64,000 bases of DNA from the human T2T-CHM13v2.0 reference genome, Homo sapiens. Below, in pieces: positions 43,507 through 57,600 of the stretch. Where the stretch lies: assembly GCF_009914755.1 (NCBI RefSeq), contig NC_060948.1; one strand, given 5' to 3'. Within the stretch, counting starts at the first letter, position 1. Each line of letters starts with the position of its first letter. Below the pieces are notes generated by a model. It did not search any database, had not been told where the DNA came from, and saw nothing but the letters and a program-made list of their open reading frames with translations. The translations under genes and the position numbers were made by a program.

Positions 43507-46500
43507 GAGGGTGTTCCAAGATGGCCAAATAGGAACAGCTCCAGTCTGCAGCTCCCAGCATGATCAATGCAGAAGATCAGTGATTTCTGCATTTCCCACT
43601 GAGGTATCTGGTTCATCTCATTGGGAATGGCAGGGCAGTGGGTGCAGCCCACAGTGAATGAGCTGAAGCAGGGCAGGGCATCACCCCTCCTGTGAAGTGC
43701 AAGCAGTCGGGGAATTTCCCTTTCCTAGCCAAGGGAAGCTGTGACAGACTACCTGGAAAAACGGAGCACTCCTGCCCAAATACTGCACTTTACCCAAGGT
43801 CTTAGCATCCAGCAGACAAAGTAATTCTCTCCCATGCCTAGCTTGGTGGGTCCCATGCCTGGCTTGGTGGGTCCCATGCCCACAGAGCCTTGCTCACTGC
43901 TAGCGCAGCAGTCTGAGATCAAGCTCTGATGTGGCAGCCTGGCTGGTAGAAAGGCGTTCACAATTGCTAAGTCTTGAGCAGGTAAACAAAGCACCCAGGA
44001 AGCTAAAACTGGGTGGAGCCCACCACAGCTCAACAAGGCCTACTGCCTGTAGACTACACCTCTGTGGGCAGGGCACAGTTGAACTAAAGGCAGCAGACAA
44101 CTTTGGCAGACTTAAATGTCCCTGTCTGACAGCTCTGAAGAGAGCAGTGGTTCTCCTAGCATGCCATTTGAAGTCTGAGAATGGACAGGCTGCCTCCTCT
44201 CATCTGTCCCTGACCCCTGTGTAACCTATCTGGGAGACAGCTCCCAGTAGGGGCTGACAGACACCTCATATAGGCAGCTGCCCCTCTGGGATGAAGTTTC
44301 CAGAGGAAGGATCAGGCAGCAATATTTGCTGTTCTGAAATATTTGCTGTTCTGCATCCTCTGCTGGTGACACCCAGGCAAACACAATCTGCAGTGGACTA
44401 CACCAAATCCCAAAAGTCCTGCAGCTGAGGGACCTAAGTGTTAGAAGGAAAACTAACAAATAGAAAGGAAGAGCATCAACATAAGCAAAAAGTTCATCTA
44501 CACCAAAACTCCATCTGTAGGTCAACAACATCAAAGACACAAGGTAGATAAAACCACAAAGATGGAGAGAAACTACAGCAGAAAAGCTGAAAGTTTTAAA
44601 AATTGAGTGCTTCTTCTGCAATGGATCACAATTCCTCACAAGCAATGCAACAAAACTGGACAGAGAATGAATCTGATGAGCTGACAGAAGTAGGCTTCAG
44701 GAGGTTGGTAATAACAAAACTATTTGAGCTAAAGTTTCATGTTCCAATCTATCACAAGGAAGCTAAAAACCTTGGAAAAAGATGAGATGAATGGCTAACT
44801 AGAATAAATAGTGTAGAGAGGATTTTAAATGACCTGACGGAGCTGAAAACTGTGGCACAAGAACTTTGTCATGCATGCACAAGCTTCAGTAGCTGATTCA
44901 ATCAAGTGGAAGAAAGGGTATCAGTGATTGAAGATCTCATTAATAAAATAAACTGAGAAGACAAGGTTAGAGAAAAAAGAGTAAAAAGAAACAAAATCTC
45001 TGAGAAATATGGGACTAAGTGAAAAGACCAAATCTAAGTTTAATTGGTGTATCTGAAAGTGATGGAAAGAATGGAACCAACTTAGAAAACACTCTTCAGG
45101 ATATTATCCAGGAGAACTTCCCCAACCTAACAAGGCAGGCCAACATTCAAATTCAGGAAATACAGAGAATGCCACAAAGATACTCCTTGAGAAAAGCAAC
45201 CACAAGACATACAATTGTCAGGTTCACCAAGGTTGACATGATGGAAAAAGTGTTAAGGTCAGACAGAGAGAAAGGTTGAGTTACCCACAAAGGGAAGCCC
45301 ATCAGACTAACATTGGATCTCTTAGCAGAAACCCTACAAGCCAGAAGAGAGTGGGGGCGAATATTCAACATTCTTAAAGAAAAGAATTTTCAGCACAGAA
45401 TTTCATATCCAGCCAAACTAAGCTTTATAAGTGAAGCAGAAATAAAATCCTTTAAAAATAAGGAAATTCTGAGAGATTCTGTCACGACCAGGCCTGCCTT
45501 ACAAGAGTTCCTGAAGGAAACACTAAACATGGAAAAAAACAACCAGTATCAGCAACTGCAAAAGCAAATTTTAAAGACCATCGATGCTATCAAGAGACTG
45601 TATCAATTAACAGGCAAACTACACAGCCAACGTCATAATGACAGGACCAAATTTACACATAACAATATTAACCTTAAGTGTAAAGAGGCTACATGCCCCA
45701 GTTCAAAGACACAGATGGGTAAATTGGATAAAGAGTCAAGATCCATCAGTGTGCTGTATTCAGGAGACCCATCTCACATGCAAAGATGCACATAAGCTCA
45801 CAATAAATGAATGGAAGAAGATATACCAAGCAAATGGAAAGCAGAAAAAAATATAAGTAGGAGTTGCAATCCTAGCCTCTGATAAAACAGACTTTTAACG
45901 AACAAAGATCAAAAGAGACAAAGAAGGCCATTACCTAATGATAAAGGGATCAATTCATGAAGAAGAGCTAAGAATTCTAAATATATATTCACCCAATACA
46001 CAACCCAGATTCAGAAAGTAAGTCCTTAGAGACCTACAAAGAGACTTAGACACCCACACAATAATAATGGGAGACTTCAACACCCCACAGTCAATGTTGT
46101 CTCATTAATCAACAGATCAATGAGACAGAAGGTTAACAAGGATATCCAGCACTTAAACTCAGCTCTGTAACAAACTGGCCTAATAGACACCTACAGAACT
46201 CTCCACCCTAAATCAAGAGCATATACATTCTTCTCAGCACCACATCACACTTATTCTAAAATTGACCACATAACCTGAAGTAAAGCACTCCTCAGCAATT
46301 GTAAAAGAACAGAAATCACAACAAAGTGTCTCTCAGACCACAGTGTAATCAAATTAGAACTCAGCATTAAGAAACTCACTCAAAACTGCACAACTACAGG
46401 GGAACTTAACAACTTGCTCCTGAATGATTGCTGGGTAAATAACAAAATGAAGGCAGATATACAGACATTCCTTGAAACCAATGAGAACAAAGACACAACA

Positions 46501-46749
46501 TGCCACAATCTCTGAAACACATTTAAAGCAGTGGGCAGAGGGAAATGTATAGCAGTAAATGTCACAAAAGATAGCAGGAAAGATATAAAATTGACAACCT
46601 AACATCAGAACTAAAAGAAATAGAGAGGCAAGAGCAAACAAATTCGAAAGGTAGCAGAAGGCAAGAAATAACTAAGATCAGAGCAGAGCAGAACGGAAAG
46701 AGATAGAGACACAAAAAACCCTTCAAAAAATCAATGAATCCAGGAACTG

Positions 46750-46780
<31 letters not shown>

Positions 46781-49400
46781 GAAAAGATCAACAAAATTGA
46801 AAGACCCCTAGCAAGGCTAATAAAGAAGCAAAGAGAGAAGAATAAAATAGAAGCTATAAAAAATGATAAAGGGGATATCACCATCGATCCCACAGAAGTA
46901 CAAACTACCCTCAGAGAATACTATAAACACCTCTAACAAAATAAACTAGAAAATCTAGAAGAAATGGATAAATTCCTGGACACATACACCCTTCAAAAAC
47001 TAAACCAGGAAGAAGTTGAATCTCTGAATAGACTAGCAACAGCCTCTGAAATTGAGTAAATAATTAATAGCTTACCAACCAAAAAAAAGCCCAGGACCAG
47101 GTGGATTCACACCCAAATTCTACCAGAGGTACAAAGAGGGACTGGTACCATTCCTTCTGAAACTATTCCAATCAATAAAAAAAAGAGAGAATCCTCCCCA
47201 ACTCATTTTATGAGGACAACTTCATCCTGATACCAAGGCCTGGCAGAGACACACAAGCAAAAAGAGAAGTTTAGACCAATAGCCCAGATAAACATCCATG
47301 CGAACATCCTCAATAAAATACTGGCAAACTGAATCCATCAGCACAACAAAAAGCTTATCTACTACTATCACATCAGCTTCATCCCTGGGATGCAAATGTG
47401 GTTCAATTTATGTAAATCAATATACCTAATCCATCATATAAACTGAACCAATGACAAAAATCACATGATTATCTCAATAGATGCAGGAAAGGCCTTTGAC
47501 AAAATTCAACAACCCTTCATGCTAAAAACTCTCAATAAACTAGGTATTGATGGAACATATCTCAAAATAATAAAAGCTACTGACAAACCCACAGACAATA
47601 TCCGACAGAGTGGACAAATACTGGAGGCATTCCTTTGGAAAACCGGCACAAGACAAGGATGCCCTCTCTCACCATTCCTATTCAACATAGTGTTGGAAGT
47701 TCTGTCCAGGGCAATCAGGCAAGAGAAAGAAATAAAGGGTATTCAATAAGGAAAAGAGGAAGTCAAATTGTCCCTGTTTTCGGATAACATGATTGTATAT
47801 TGAGAAAACCCATTGTCTCAGCCCAAAATCTACTTAAGCTGATAAGCAACTTCAGCAAAGTCTCAGCATACAAAATCAGTGTGCAAAAATCACAAACACT
47901 CCTGTACACCATTAACAGACAAACAGAGAGCCAAATCACAAGTGAACTCCCATTCACAAGTGCTTCAAAGAGTATAAAATACCTAGGAATCCAGCTTACA
48001 AGGAATGTGAAGGACCTCTTCAGGAAAAACTACAAAACACTGCTCAACGAAATCAAAAAGGACAGAAACAAATGGAAGGATATTCTACGATAATGAGTAT
48101 GAAGAATGAATACCTTGAAAATGGCCATAGTGTCCAAAGTAATTTATACAAGCAATGCCATTCCCATCAAGCCACCAGTGACTTTCTTCAGAGATTTGGA
48201 AAAAAAAAGGTACAGTTCATATGGAGCCCAAAAATAGGCCATATTGCTAAGATAATCCTAAGAAGAAGAAGAAAAAAAAAGCTGGAGACATCATGCTACC
48301 TGACTTCAAACTATACTACAAGCCTACAGTAAACAAAACAGTATGGTACTTGTACCAAAAGAGATGTATTGACCAATGGAACAGAAAAGAGGCCTCTGAA
48401 ATAATACCACACATCTGCAATCATCTTATCTCTGATGAATCTGACAAAAAGAAGAAATGGGGAATTGACTCCCTATGTCGTAAATGGTGCTGGGAAAAGG
48501 GGCTGGCCATTTTTAGAAGGCTGAAACTGGATCTCTTCCTTACACCTTACATAAAAGCTAATTCAATATGAATTAAAGACTTAAATATTAAATATAAAAC
48601 CGTAAAAACCCTAGAAGAAAACATAGACAATACCATTCAGGACATAGGCATGGGCAAGTACTTCATGACTAAAACACCAAAATTAATGGCAACAGAGGCC
48701 AAAATAGACAAATAAGATCTAATTAAACTAAAGAACTTCTGAATGGCAAAAGAAACTACCATCAGAGTGAACAGGCAACGTACAGAATGGGAGAAAATTT
48801 TTGCAATCTACCCATCTTACAAATGGCTAATATCAGAATCTACAAAGAACACAAACAAATTTTCATTAAAAAAAAAAAACACCTCATCAAAAGGAGGGCA
48901 AAGGATATGAACAGACACTTCTCAAAAGAAGACATTTATGCAGCCAACAGACACATGAAGAAATGCTCATCATCACTGGTCAACAGGGAAATGCAAATCA
49001 AAACCAAAATGAGATATCATCTCAAGCCACTTGGAACGGCAATCATTAAAAAGTCAGGAAACGACAGACGCTGGTGTGGATGTGGAGAAATAGGAATGCT
49101 TTTACACTGTTTGGGAGAGTGTAAATTAGTTCAACCATTGTGGAAGACAGTGTGGTAATTCCGCAAGGATTTAAAATTAGAATTACCATTTGACCCAGCA
49201 ATCCCATTACTGAGTATATACCCAAAGGGTTATAAATCATGCTGCTATAAAGATACATGCACACGTATGTTTATTATCGCACTATTCACCATAGCAAAGA
49301 CTTGAAACCAACCAAATTGTCCATCAATGATAGACTGGATTAAGAAAATATGGCACATATAAACCGTGGAATACTATGCAGCCATAAAAAGGACAAGTTA
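43507..49400 (+). mobile_element. Near full-length LINE-1 (L1PA6-like) with 5' UTR and disrupted ORF1/ORF2; 3' UTR and poly(A) missing
   Basis: CAAGATGGCCAAATAGGAACAGCTCC 5' end; ORF1 (KRPNLSLIGVSE, LENTLQDIIQENFPNL) and ORF2 fragments; homology stops just after GGAATACTATGCAGCCATAAAAAGGA. Confidence 0.96.
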
Positions 49401-49619
49401 TTAATGGTATTATAATTAATATCTTGAATTAATAATAATATAGTGTGAATTATAACAACTGAGCATTGACATTATACAAAAATCATTTTCCCATACTGTT
49501 TTCCCCAACTTTCTATTTTTTTGTCAAAAATAGTTTGTTATGCAACATTTGCTAACAACCCAGATGTGTAATTATTGCTTTATTTTTTGTCATTTCTTTA
49601 TTTTATTATTGTATTGTAT

Positions 49620-49865
49620 TTTAATTCATTGAGACAGGGTTTCAGTCACACAGGCTAAACATGGTTCACTACAGCCTCGAGCTCCTGGGCTCAAGGGACC
49701 CTTCCAACTCAGTGCCCTATGTTCTGGGGACAGAAGTCCATGCCACCACAGCTGGCTAATTTTGTTTATTTTCTCAAAAGACGGTCACATTTTGTTGCCC
49801 TGGCTGGTCTCAAACTCCCAGACTCAAGGAAATCCCCCTACTTTGTTGGGATTACAGTTGTGAGA
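49620..49865 (-). mobile_element. Alu (AluJ-like, diverged)
   Basis: GAGACAGGGTTTC...CTCCTGGGCTCAAG...GGGATTACAG. Confidence 0.8.
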
Positions 49866-49999
49866 TACTTTTAAATCCAGTAGAAAAATAAAGTCACAGA
49901 AAACCCAAATATAATAATATTGGCTTTTCTATTTCGTGACGTAATTATTTTATTGATGTTCTTATTTCTTTATTTGCACATGGGGCACTATTTTTCTTT

Positions 50000-50600
50000 C
50001 ATTCCTTGCTTGTTTTCATCATGTTTTGTAAGGCTGATCTAGTAGTAATGTACTCTCTTTAATTATGTTTGCTTGGAAATGCCTTATTTGCTCATAAAGT
50101 TAAATTTTTGTTTGGCCAGATATTGAGTTTATGATTGACTTTATCTTCTTATTCCAGCACTTTAAAGATCTCATCACAGTGACTTCTTTCCACTATAATT
50201 TTTAATGAGAAATTGGCTGTTAATGTTATGAAGGATAACTTGCATGTGATGAGTTACTTCTGTCTTGATTCTTTTAAAGTTCTCTATTTATTTGTCTTCT
50301 GTCAATTTCAGTGCATGTGTTTCAGTGTGGATATCTTGGATTTTATTCTCCCTGGAGTATTGTGTTCTTTAGAGATACTTGGATCAGTAGATTTGCATCT
50401 ATCGACACTTTTGGGAAGTTTCAGCCACTATTCATTTAAATATTCTTTTTTTCCCCATCTCACCTATTCCAGTGGGACTCCCATTATGAATATGTTGATA
50501 TTCTTGATGGTGTCCCATGGAAACCTTAGTTTTGATCATTATTCTTGTTTCTCTTCCTTACACTGAACAATATCAAACAATCCATCTTCAAGTTGCCTCA
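50000..50600 (-). mobile_element. Old L1 ORF1-region fragment
   Basis: T-rich; GGGAAGTTTCAGCCACTATTC, GGGACTCCCATTATG. Confidence 0.6.
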
Positions 50601-53243
50601 TTAGGCATTCCTGAGGCAGGCTAAGGCACCCTTCAGAGCTGTCAGTCTGCCTAAGCAGAGGAAAATGGTACAGGCAGAGCCTTCCTGGTATAGGGAAAAA
50701 TGCTGCCTGTAATAAGCCACCACTGGACACAAAAATATAGATGATAGGGCCCTTTTGGGCAGTCTCTAAGGTTGGGTTCCACAGAAGAAGTCATTTTGAG
50801 ACTGTGAAGGGGTCACTGCAATCTGCACCTCTGCCTCTATTCCCAATAGAGGATGTGTGCAAGAGTTAATTCCCATGGGGATTGAAATACCATTTGGTGA
50901 GTTTTTGAAGCATCTCTGGGTGATGGAATCATCACTGAGACCCAAGAGAGTGGTGTCAGTGAAAGATGGCTGGGCCGTTGACATCACTGACTCCCTTCAT
51001 CCTGGGCCTCACAGGGGAAATACAGGGAAGCACAACAAAAGCAAGTATTTGTTCCTCTCTGGGAAATACAGGAACCACAACAAAAGCAAGTCTCAGATAA
51101 AGCATTGTTTTCACACCTCAAACTGGCCTTTCTCGGATGCAGATGTGGTTGAGAGAGTATCTCTGAGGTGGTCCATGGCAATTGCAAGACAGAAAAGGGT
51201 GTCCAGTAGTGCTGATGAGGGGCAATGTGGACTCCCCATGAAAGCAAAGAAAAATGAAAGCTCGCCTGAACGAACAAGCTGACTTGTGCAGGAGTACAAG
51301 CAAAGTTCAAAGATTCCTGTCAGAGGACCCAAAAGCCTCCTGCAAAGTGCAAACAACATCAGCCCCTACAAGGACACCATGATCCACAACCTGGTGCATA
51401 GCCACCGTATGCAAAGTCCTTTTGGCTTCCTGAAATTCCTGGCACTGAAAAGATCTATAGCAAGAGGCAGTCCCATCTAGCAAGAGCCAATGATAGACCC
51501 ACTCCACAGCAAGGAAGGACATGCAGATGAAGTGAAACAGAGCCAAGATTAGCAGGAAAATGCAGAACATGGCTGCCTGCCTCTCATCCTACAGGAATCA
51601 TGCAACCCTTCAATAAAAGAGGGATAATAAAAGTTTCCATATGGATGGTTGTAATGGGAATTTATGCCTTTAAAAGTCTCATATTGCCTAGTCATTAAAA
51701 CGTGACAGAATTAAGAAAGAAACAATGATGCAATGGATTCACATAAGAGTGGTCCTCCATGAACTGGGAAACTTCTAGTGTGGAAGATATGGAACCAGAC
51801 CCAGAAAACCCTAGGCCAAAGAGGAACATGGAAGTCAGGAAAAGAAGACGCAAGTGTGATGGCTACACTCACCCAGCATCAATCCATCACACTCTCATTT
51901 GGCTCCGGTTATGAAAGCCCTCACATTGAGAGTTCTCCAGATGGCCCCAGTTTGTTCTCAAAATATTCTCTTCATGTCCACCTGAAAACCAGGCTATTTA
52001 CTTGGAAGCAGATTCTGTGTCATCTATCTTCATTTTTTTTTTGCAAGTGATGTTGCAAAACCTTATACACCCCTCACGAGATTTTGTCCTTAAAGCTATC
52101 TGACTTTATTCCTGCTCATACTCTATGTCCCAGGATGAAATCAAAAGATGATGGAGAGTGCCCCCCCACCACAAGATGTGAATCACCTGCTCAGCTGGGA
52201 ACCAAATTCAAGGTTAATTCAAAGTGCCCAGTGGACAGGACTGCTAGTGTCTATGCCTGGGTTGGCCTCACGACAATGAAACACTAGGAGATGTCTCTTT
52301 TGGGCATGGTGTGCTCCTCTTCTTTTTAGAAGAGTGGCTTTTTTTGAACACACAATGCCACACACACATTCAGACATCCTACACTCACTATACTCCCACA
52401 GAAATACACAGCCCAGCAGCTACCGAGGCTGCACGAAGCACTACCTGGAGAGAGTCCCACAGCCCAAGCAGAGAAACACAGGCCACCAAAATGTTGGAAG
52501 ACTCAAAAACAGAAAGCACTGGAGTGCATAAGTAATATGCTTTTAAGCAGACTTCACTTACAGTCACACACACACACACACACACAATACCACACAAACA
52601 TGCAGACATCCAACACTTGAAATGCTCCGCCAGAAATGTTGGGAGACTAAAAAAAAAAAGAAGGGAAAAGGGCTGAAGCGGGTTAGCCATGTAATTTCCA
52701 GCACACTCTACTGTCAGGCGCACATGTGCACACCCAATGCCACACACACACGCAGACATCCAACACTCACAACACTCCCACAGGAAAACAGAGCTCAGCA
52801 CTCCTGAGGCTATGTGATTCTGCAAGAATCCCAACCTGGGAGACAGCAACCACAAGAAACCCCAGTTGGCTATACCTAGAAATCACAGTTGGACAAGTTT
52901 CAAAAGACTCATGCCTACAATGTCTAGGCTGGCCTGAGAAGTCCTGCAGATGTTTTTCCCTGTGTTTAAGCAAGCTGACATCCTAAGCAGAGAAAAATAA
53001 TACAGGCAGAGTAGGCCTGTTGTTGATAAAAAAGGCTGTGTTTGAAAACCCTCTGTGTGACCCTAAATGTCTCAACCTCAGGGCCCCTTCAGGGAGGAGG
53101 TATTTTTAGATAGTAACCTGTTCACTGGAAACTGCCCTTCTGTCTCCATTTTTGAAACAGGCTGTGTGCAATAATCTGGTCCCATAAGAATTGGAATATG
53201 ATCTGTTGTGTTGTTGAGGGTTCTTTGGGTGATACAATCATAC

Positions 53244-53330
53244 CTGAGTCCTTAGAGGTGGGTGTCAGTGAAAGAAGGTTGGGCTCTTGACCTCACTGCA
53301 TCCCTTCATCCTGGGTCTCTCAGAAGCTCT
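53244..53330 (-). other. PRY: Probable PRY 5' UTR exon 2
   Basis: ctttcccag acceptor and CAG|GTATGA donor, 87 nt; consistent with my recollection of the PRY mRNA leader. Confidence 0.6.
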
Positions 53331-53431
53331 CTGGGAAAGGTAGAAACCACGACAATGGCAAGTCCGAGGTGGAGGAGTGTTCTCATACCTCAGACTGGTC
53401 TTTCACTATGCAGTTGTGGTTATTCTCTTAC

Positions 53432-53520
53432 CTCAGACTGACCTCGGACTGTGCAGATAAGGTTGAGACAGTGAAACACTGCAAGATGTCTGTTTCTGGT
53501 GTGGTGTGCTCCTCTTCTTT
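53432..53520 (-). other. PRY: Probable PRY 5' UTR exon 1 (5' boundary uncertain)
   Basis: Strong GAG|GTAAGA donor at 53431-53430; ~100 nt intron to the next exon. Confidence 0.55.
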
Positions 53521-54119
53521 CTAGAAGAGTGGCTCTTTTTTGTTTTATTTCTTTCAGGAGGAGTTGATTTTGACACCTGCATGTCTTGGCCCACCTCCCG
53601 ATTCACTGCAGATTCATGATCCACAGAAAAATAAAGAACACGGAGCCCCACAGCACAAACAAAGCAACAGAGAGGCCAACAAAGATTGAAACATTCAAAA
53701 AAAAAAAAAAAAAGAGGCACTGAAGTGCATTAGACACATTATTTAAGCAGACTCCACTTACAGCAACAAACACATTCTTAAACACACAATGAAAAACACA
53801 CACACACACACACACATCCAACAGTTGCAACACTCCATCCAACAGTTGCAACACTCCCACAGAAAAACATAGCTCAGCAGTGCATGAGGATGCATGGCTC
53901 TGCAGGAATTCCCACCTAGGAGAGAGCAACCCCAAGGAACATAGGCAGGCTGTACCTAGAAACCACAGTAGGGCAAGTTTCAAAAAGATTCACCCGTACA
54001 ATGTCTAGGCAGGCCTACCAAATCTTGCAGATGTTTCTGGATGCTTAAGGATTTTGTGGTTTATTCCTGTAGCTATGCTTGTTTCTTCACGCTGGCTAAC
54101 GTCTACCCTCTCCTAGGAT

Positions 54120-54620
54120 CATGAGACTATCCGTGGATTTCACAGAGAAGACAGACGAGAAGACACAGCTGACGCTCCTCCACGGAGGTCCCCTTTTCCA
54201 AGATGCAGATACTTCTTGCTAGGCAACGGTGACATTTATAGCGATGCTAGACAGAGCTCACAATCGGATCAGGTACCCTGAGACTAGCGCATGCGCATTT
54301 GTGAGGCAGACTCAAGTCAGGTTGTCAGAGCTGTCAGTCTGCCTCAGCAGGGGATAATGGAACAGGCAGAGCCCGCCTGGTATCGGGAAAAAGGCTGACT
54401 ATAAAAACCCACTGCAGGACCCTGAAAATCTCGACCTCAGGGACCCTGCTGGCCATTTCCTTGTTCAGGTCCCGCTGGAGGAAGAGGTGTTTCGCGACTG
54501 CGATGTGGTCGCTGGAAACTGCTCTTCTAACTCCATTAGCGAAAGAGGGTGTGTGCAATAATTGGGTCCCAAGGGGGTTGGAATATAATCTGGTGTGTCG
54601 TTGAGTGTTCTTTGGGCGAC
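54120..54620. promoter_or_regulatory. Candidate germline promoter: CpG-retaining repeat segment with NRF1 palindrome and RFX-like box
   Basis: GCGCATGCGC at 54287-54296; CTTGCTAGGCAAC at 54215-54227; ~20 CpG in 500 bp by hand count. Confidence 0.55.
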
Positions 54621-57600
54621 AGAAACATACCTGAGACACCAGAAGTGGATGTCAGCAAAAGATGATTGGGCTTTTGAACTGAATGCCTCCCTTCATTCTG
54701 AGCCTTGCAGGGGCTATCTATGAAAGGCAAGAACCATAACAAAGGCAAGTCTAATGTGGAGCAGTGTTCTCACATCTCGGAATGGCCTCTCACTTGTGCA
54801 GATGTAGTTGAGACAGTGTCTCAGAGGCCATCTGTGGTGATGGCAAGCTTGAAAATGGTGTGCAGTGCTGCTGTTGGGGGGCACTATGGATTCCCCAAGA
54901 AAACAAAGAAAAACCAAGGTTCACCTAAGAATGAGCTGCCTTTGCTGGAGTCCAGGCAATGTTCAAGATTCCTGTCAGAAACCAAAAGCCTCCTGCAAAG
55001 TGCAAACAACTGCAGCCTCTACGATGAGACAATGATCCACAATATGGAGTGCAGCCAGTTTATCAAAGTCCCTTTTACTCTCTGAAATCCCTGGCAGCAA
55101 AATAATCTGTGGCAAGTGGCAGTCCTAGCCAGCAACAGCCCAGTGAAAGGGCCCCTCCACAATGAGAAGTCCATGCAGATGAGATGAAACAGGGGCTAGA
55201 TTATCAGGCTAAAGCCAGACATGGCTGCCTCCTTCTCATCCTAGAGGAAACATGCAACCCTGTGATAGAAGTGGGAAAAAAAACAGATTCCTTGTTGGTG
55301 GGTGTAACAAGAATTTACCGTTTTAAAACTATCAAAGCTTCCCAGTCTTTAAAAGGTGACAATGTTTAGAAGGAAACACTCATGCAATGGATTCCCAGGA
55401 GGGTCGTTCTCTGTGAACTAGGAAACATGTAGTGTGGAAGTCATTGAGCCAGAAACAGGAAACCCTAGGTTGACGAGAAACGTAGAAGTCAGGGGAAAAG
55501 AGGCAAGTACGGAGGCCACATCCAATACAGAATCAATCAATTCTGCTCCCATTTGGCTCATGTATGAAGGCTCTTAAATGGAGAGTTTGCAAAAATGGCC
55601 CCAATTTGCCCTCCAAATATTCCTTGCAGGTTAAAGTACTCCCACCAGAACACTGGGCCATGGTGTGTACTGCTTGTGCAATTAAGGGGATGCAGAGATA
55701 AAGTTGGAAGAACCTTCTGTGTTTTCTGCCTTTATGTTTTGCAGGTGAAGTTGGGGGATTACTTCCACCCCTCACCAGATTGTATCTTCACCCCATCTGA
55801 CCTCATTTCTGCTCACAATCTATGTCCCAGAATGAATTCCAAGATGATGAAGGAGATCTTCCTCATGACATGAAGCATCTGCTCAGCTGGAGACTGAATC
55901 CAAGCTAAATTCAAGGGGCCATGCACACAGATCTGTGAGGGTCACTTTCTGGTTTGGACTCTGGACAATAAAACACTGGGAGATGTCTTTTTTTTTTTTT
56001 TTTTTGGTATGGTGTGCTCATCTTTATAGACGAGTGGCTTTTGTTGCAGGGGAGGTGATTTCGATGCCTGCGTGTCTCAGCCCACCTCCCAATTCACTGC
56101 AGATTCATGATCCACAGACAAATAACAGGAAGCCCCACAACCCAAGCTGAGCCACACAGACAGGCCACCATAAGTATAAGAGACTCAAAAATAAAAGAAG
56201 TGCTGCAGTGCATTAGCCACATTCCTTTAAGCAGACTCCACCTACAGGCACACAAACACACACACAAACACACAATGCCACACGTACCCACAAAGACATC
56301 CAACACTTGCAACATTCCCATGGAAACACACTGCCTGGCAGCTACTGAGGCTGCATGGTTCATCAGAAATCCCCACCTGGGAGAGAGCAACCCTGAGGAA
56401 CACAGGCAGGTTTTACCTATAAATCACGTTGGGACAGGTTTCTAAAAGACTCACACCTGCAACTTCTAGGCAGGCCTGAGGAATCCTGCAAATCCTTTTG
56501 GATCCTTAGGCAGTTCACCATTTATTCCTCTTCTTGATGTTTCCTCAGTCTGTCTCACGTCTGCCCTTTTCTAGGACTATCCTGTGAATCCCACAGAGAA
56601 GACAGGTGTGGTTCCACCGCCGATGGACCTCCACAGAATTCTCCTTCTCTACCAAGCCCCAGGCCTTCTCCCAGGATCATGAGACTATTTGTGGATTTCA
56701 CAGAGAAGATAGGTGACAGTATACCACTGACACACCTCCCCAGTGGTCTCCTTCTCTGGCAAGAGGCAGGGACTTGTCACTAGGCAATGGTGACCCTTTT
56801 TGTAACTTTTGCCAAAGCTCACAATCAGGCCTGCTACCTTGAGACTAGCACATGTGCATTCGTGAGGGTGGCTCAGGCACCTGACTGTCACAGCTGTCAG
56901 CCTGCCTCAGCAGAGGAAAATAGTACAAGCAGAGATGGCCTGGTATCAGGACAAAGTCTGCCTGTGAAAACCAACTGCGGGACTTTAAAATTCACAAACT
57001 CAGGGCCCCTTCCATTCATCTCCGTGACAGGTTCCCGCTGGAGGAGAAGGTGTTTCAAGATGGTGACTTGGTTTCTGGAAACTGCTCTTCAGACTCCATT
57101 TATGAAAAAGTCTATGTGCAAGTATCAGGTCCCATGAGGATTGGAGTATTGTCTGGTGAGTTGTTGAGGATTTTTTGGGTGATAGAATCATATCTGAGAC
57201 CCCAAAGGTGGGTGTCAGAGAAAGATGGCCGGTCTCTTGTCCTCACTGCCTCCCTTTATTTTGGACCTCGCAGGGGCTGTCTGGGAAAGGCAGCAACCTC
57301 AAAAAGGCAAGTCCAAGATGGAGCAGTGTTCTCACACCGCGGACTGTCTTCTCACAGGTGCAGATGAGATTGAGACAGTGTCTCCAAGGCTGTCTGTGGC
57401 CATGCAAACCTGAAAAGTGTGTCAAGTACTGCTGTTGATGGGCACTATGCATACCTTATGAAAGCAAAGAAAAATCAATGCTCGCCTGAAAGAATGATCT
57501 GACTTGGGCTGCAGTCCAAGCAATGTTCAAAGATTCCTGTCAGAGGACCCAAAAGCCTCCTGTAAAGTGCAAACAACCTCAGCCCCTATGATGACACCAT

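Noticed and set aside
46751-46780. 30-nt poly(T) inside L1 ORF2
   Set aside because: Expansion of the native T run; no TSD or inserted element
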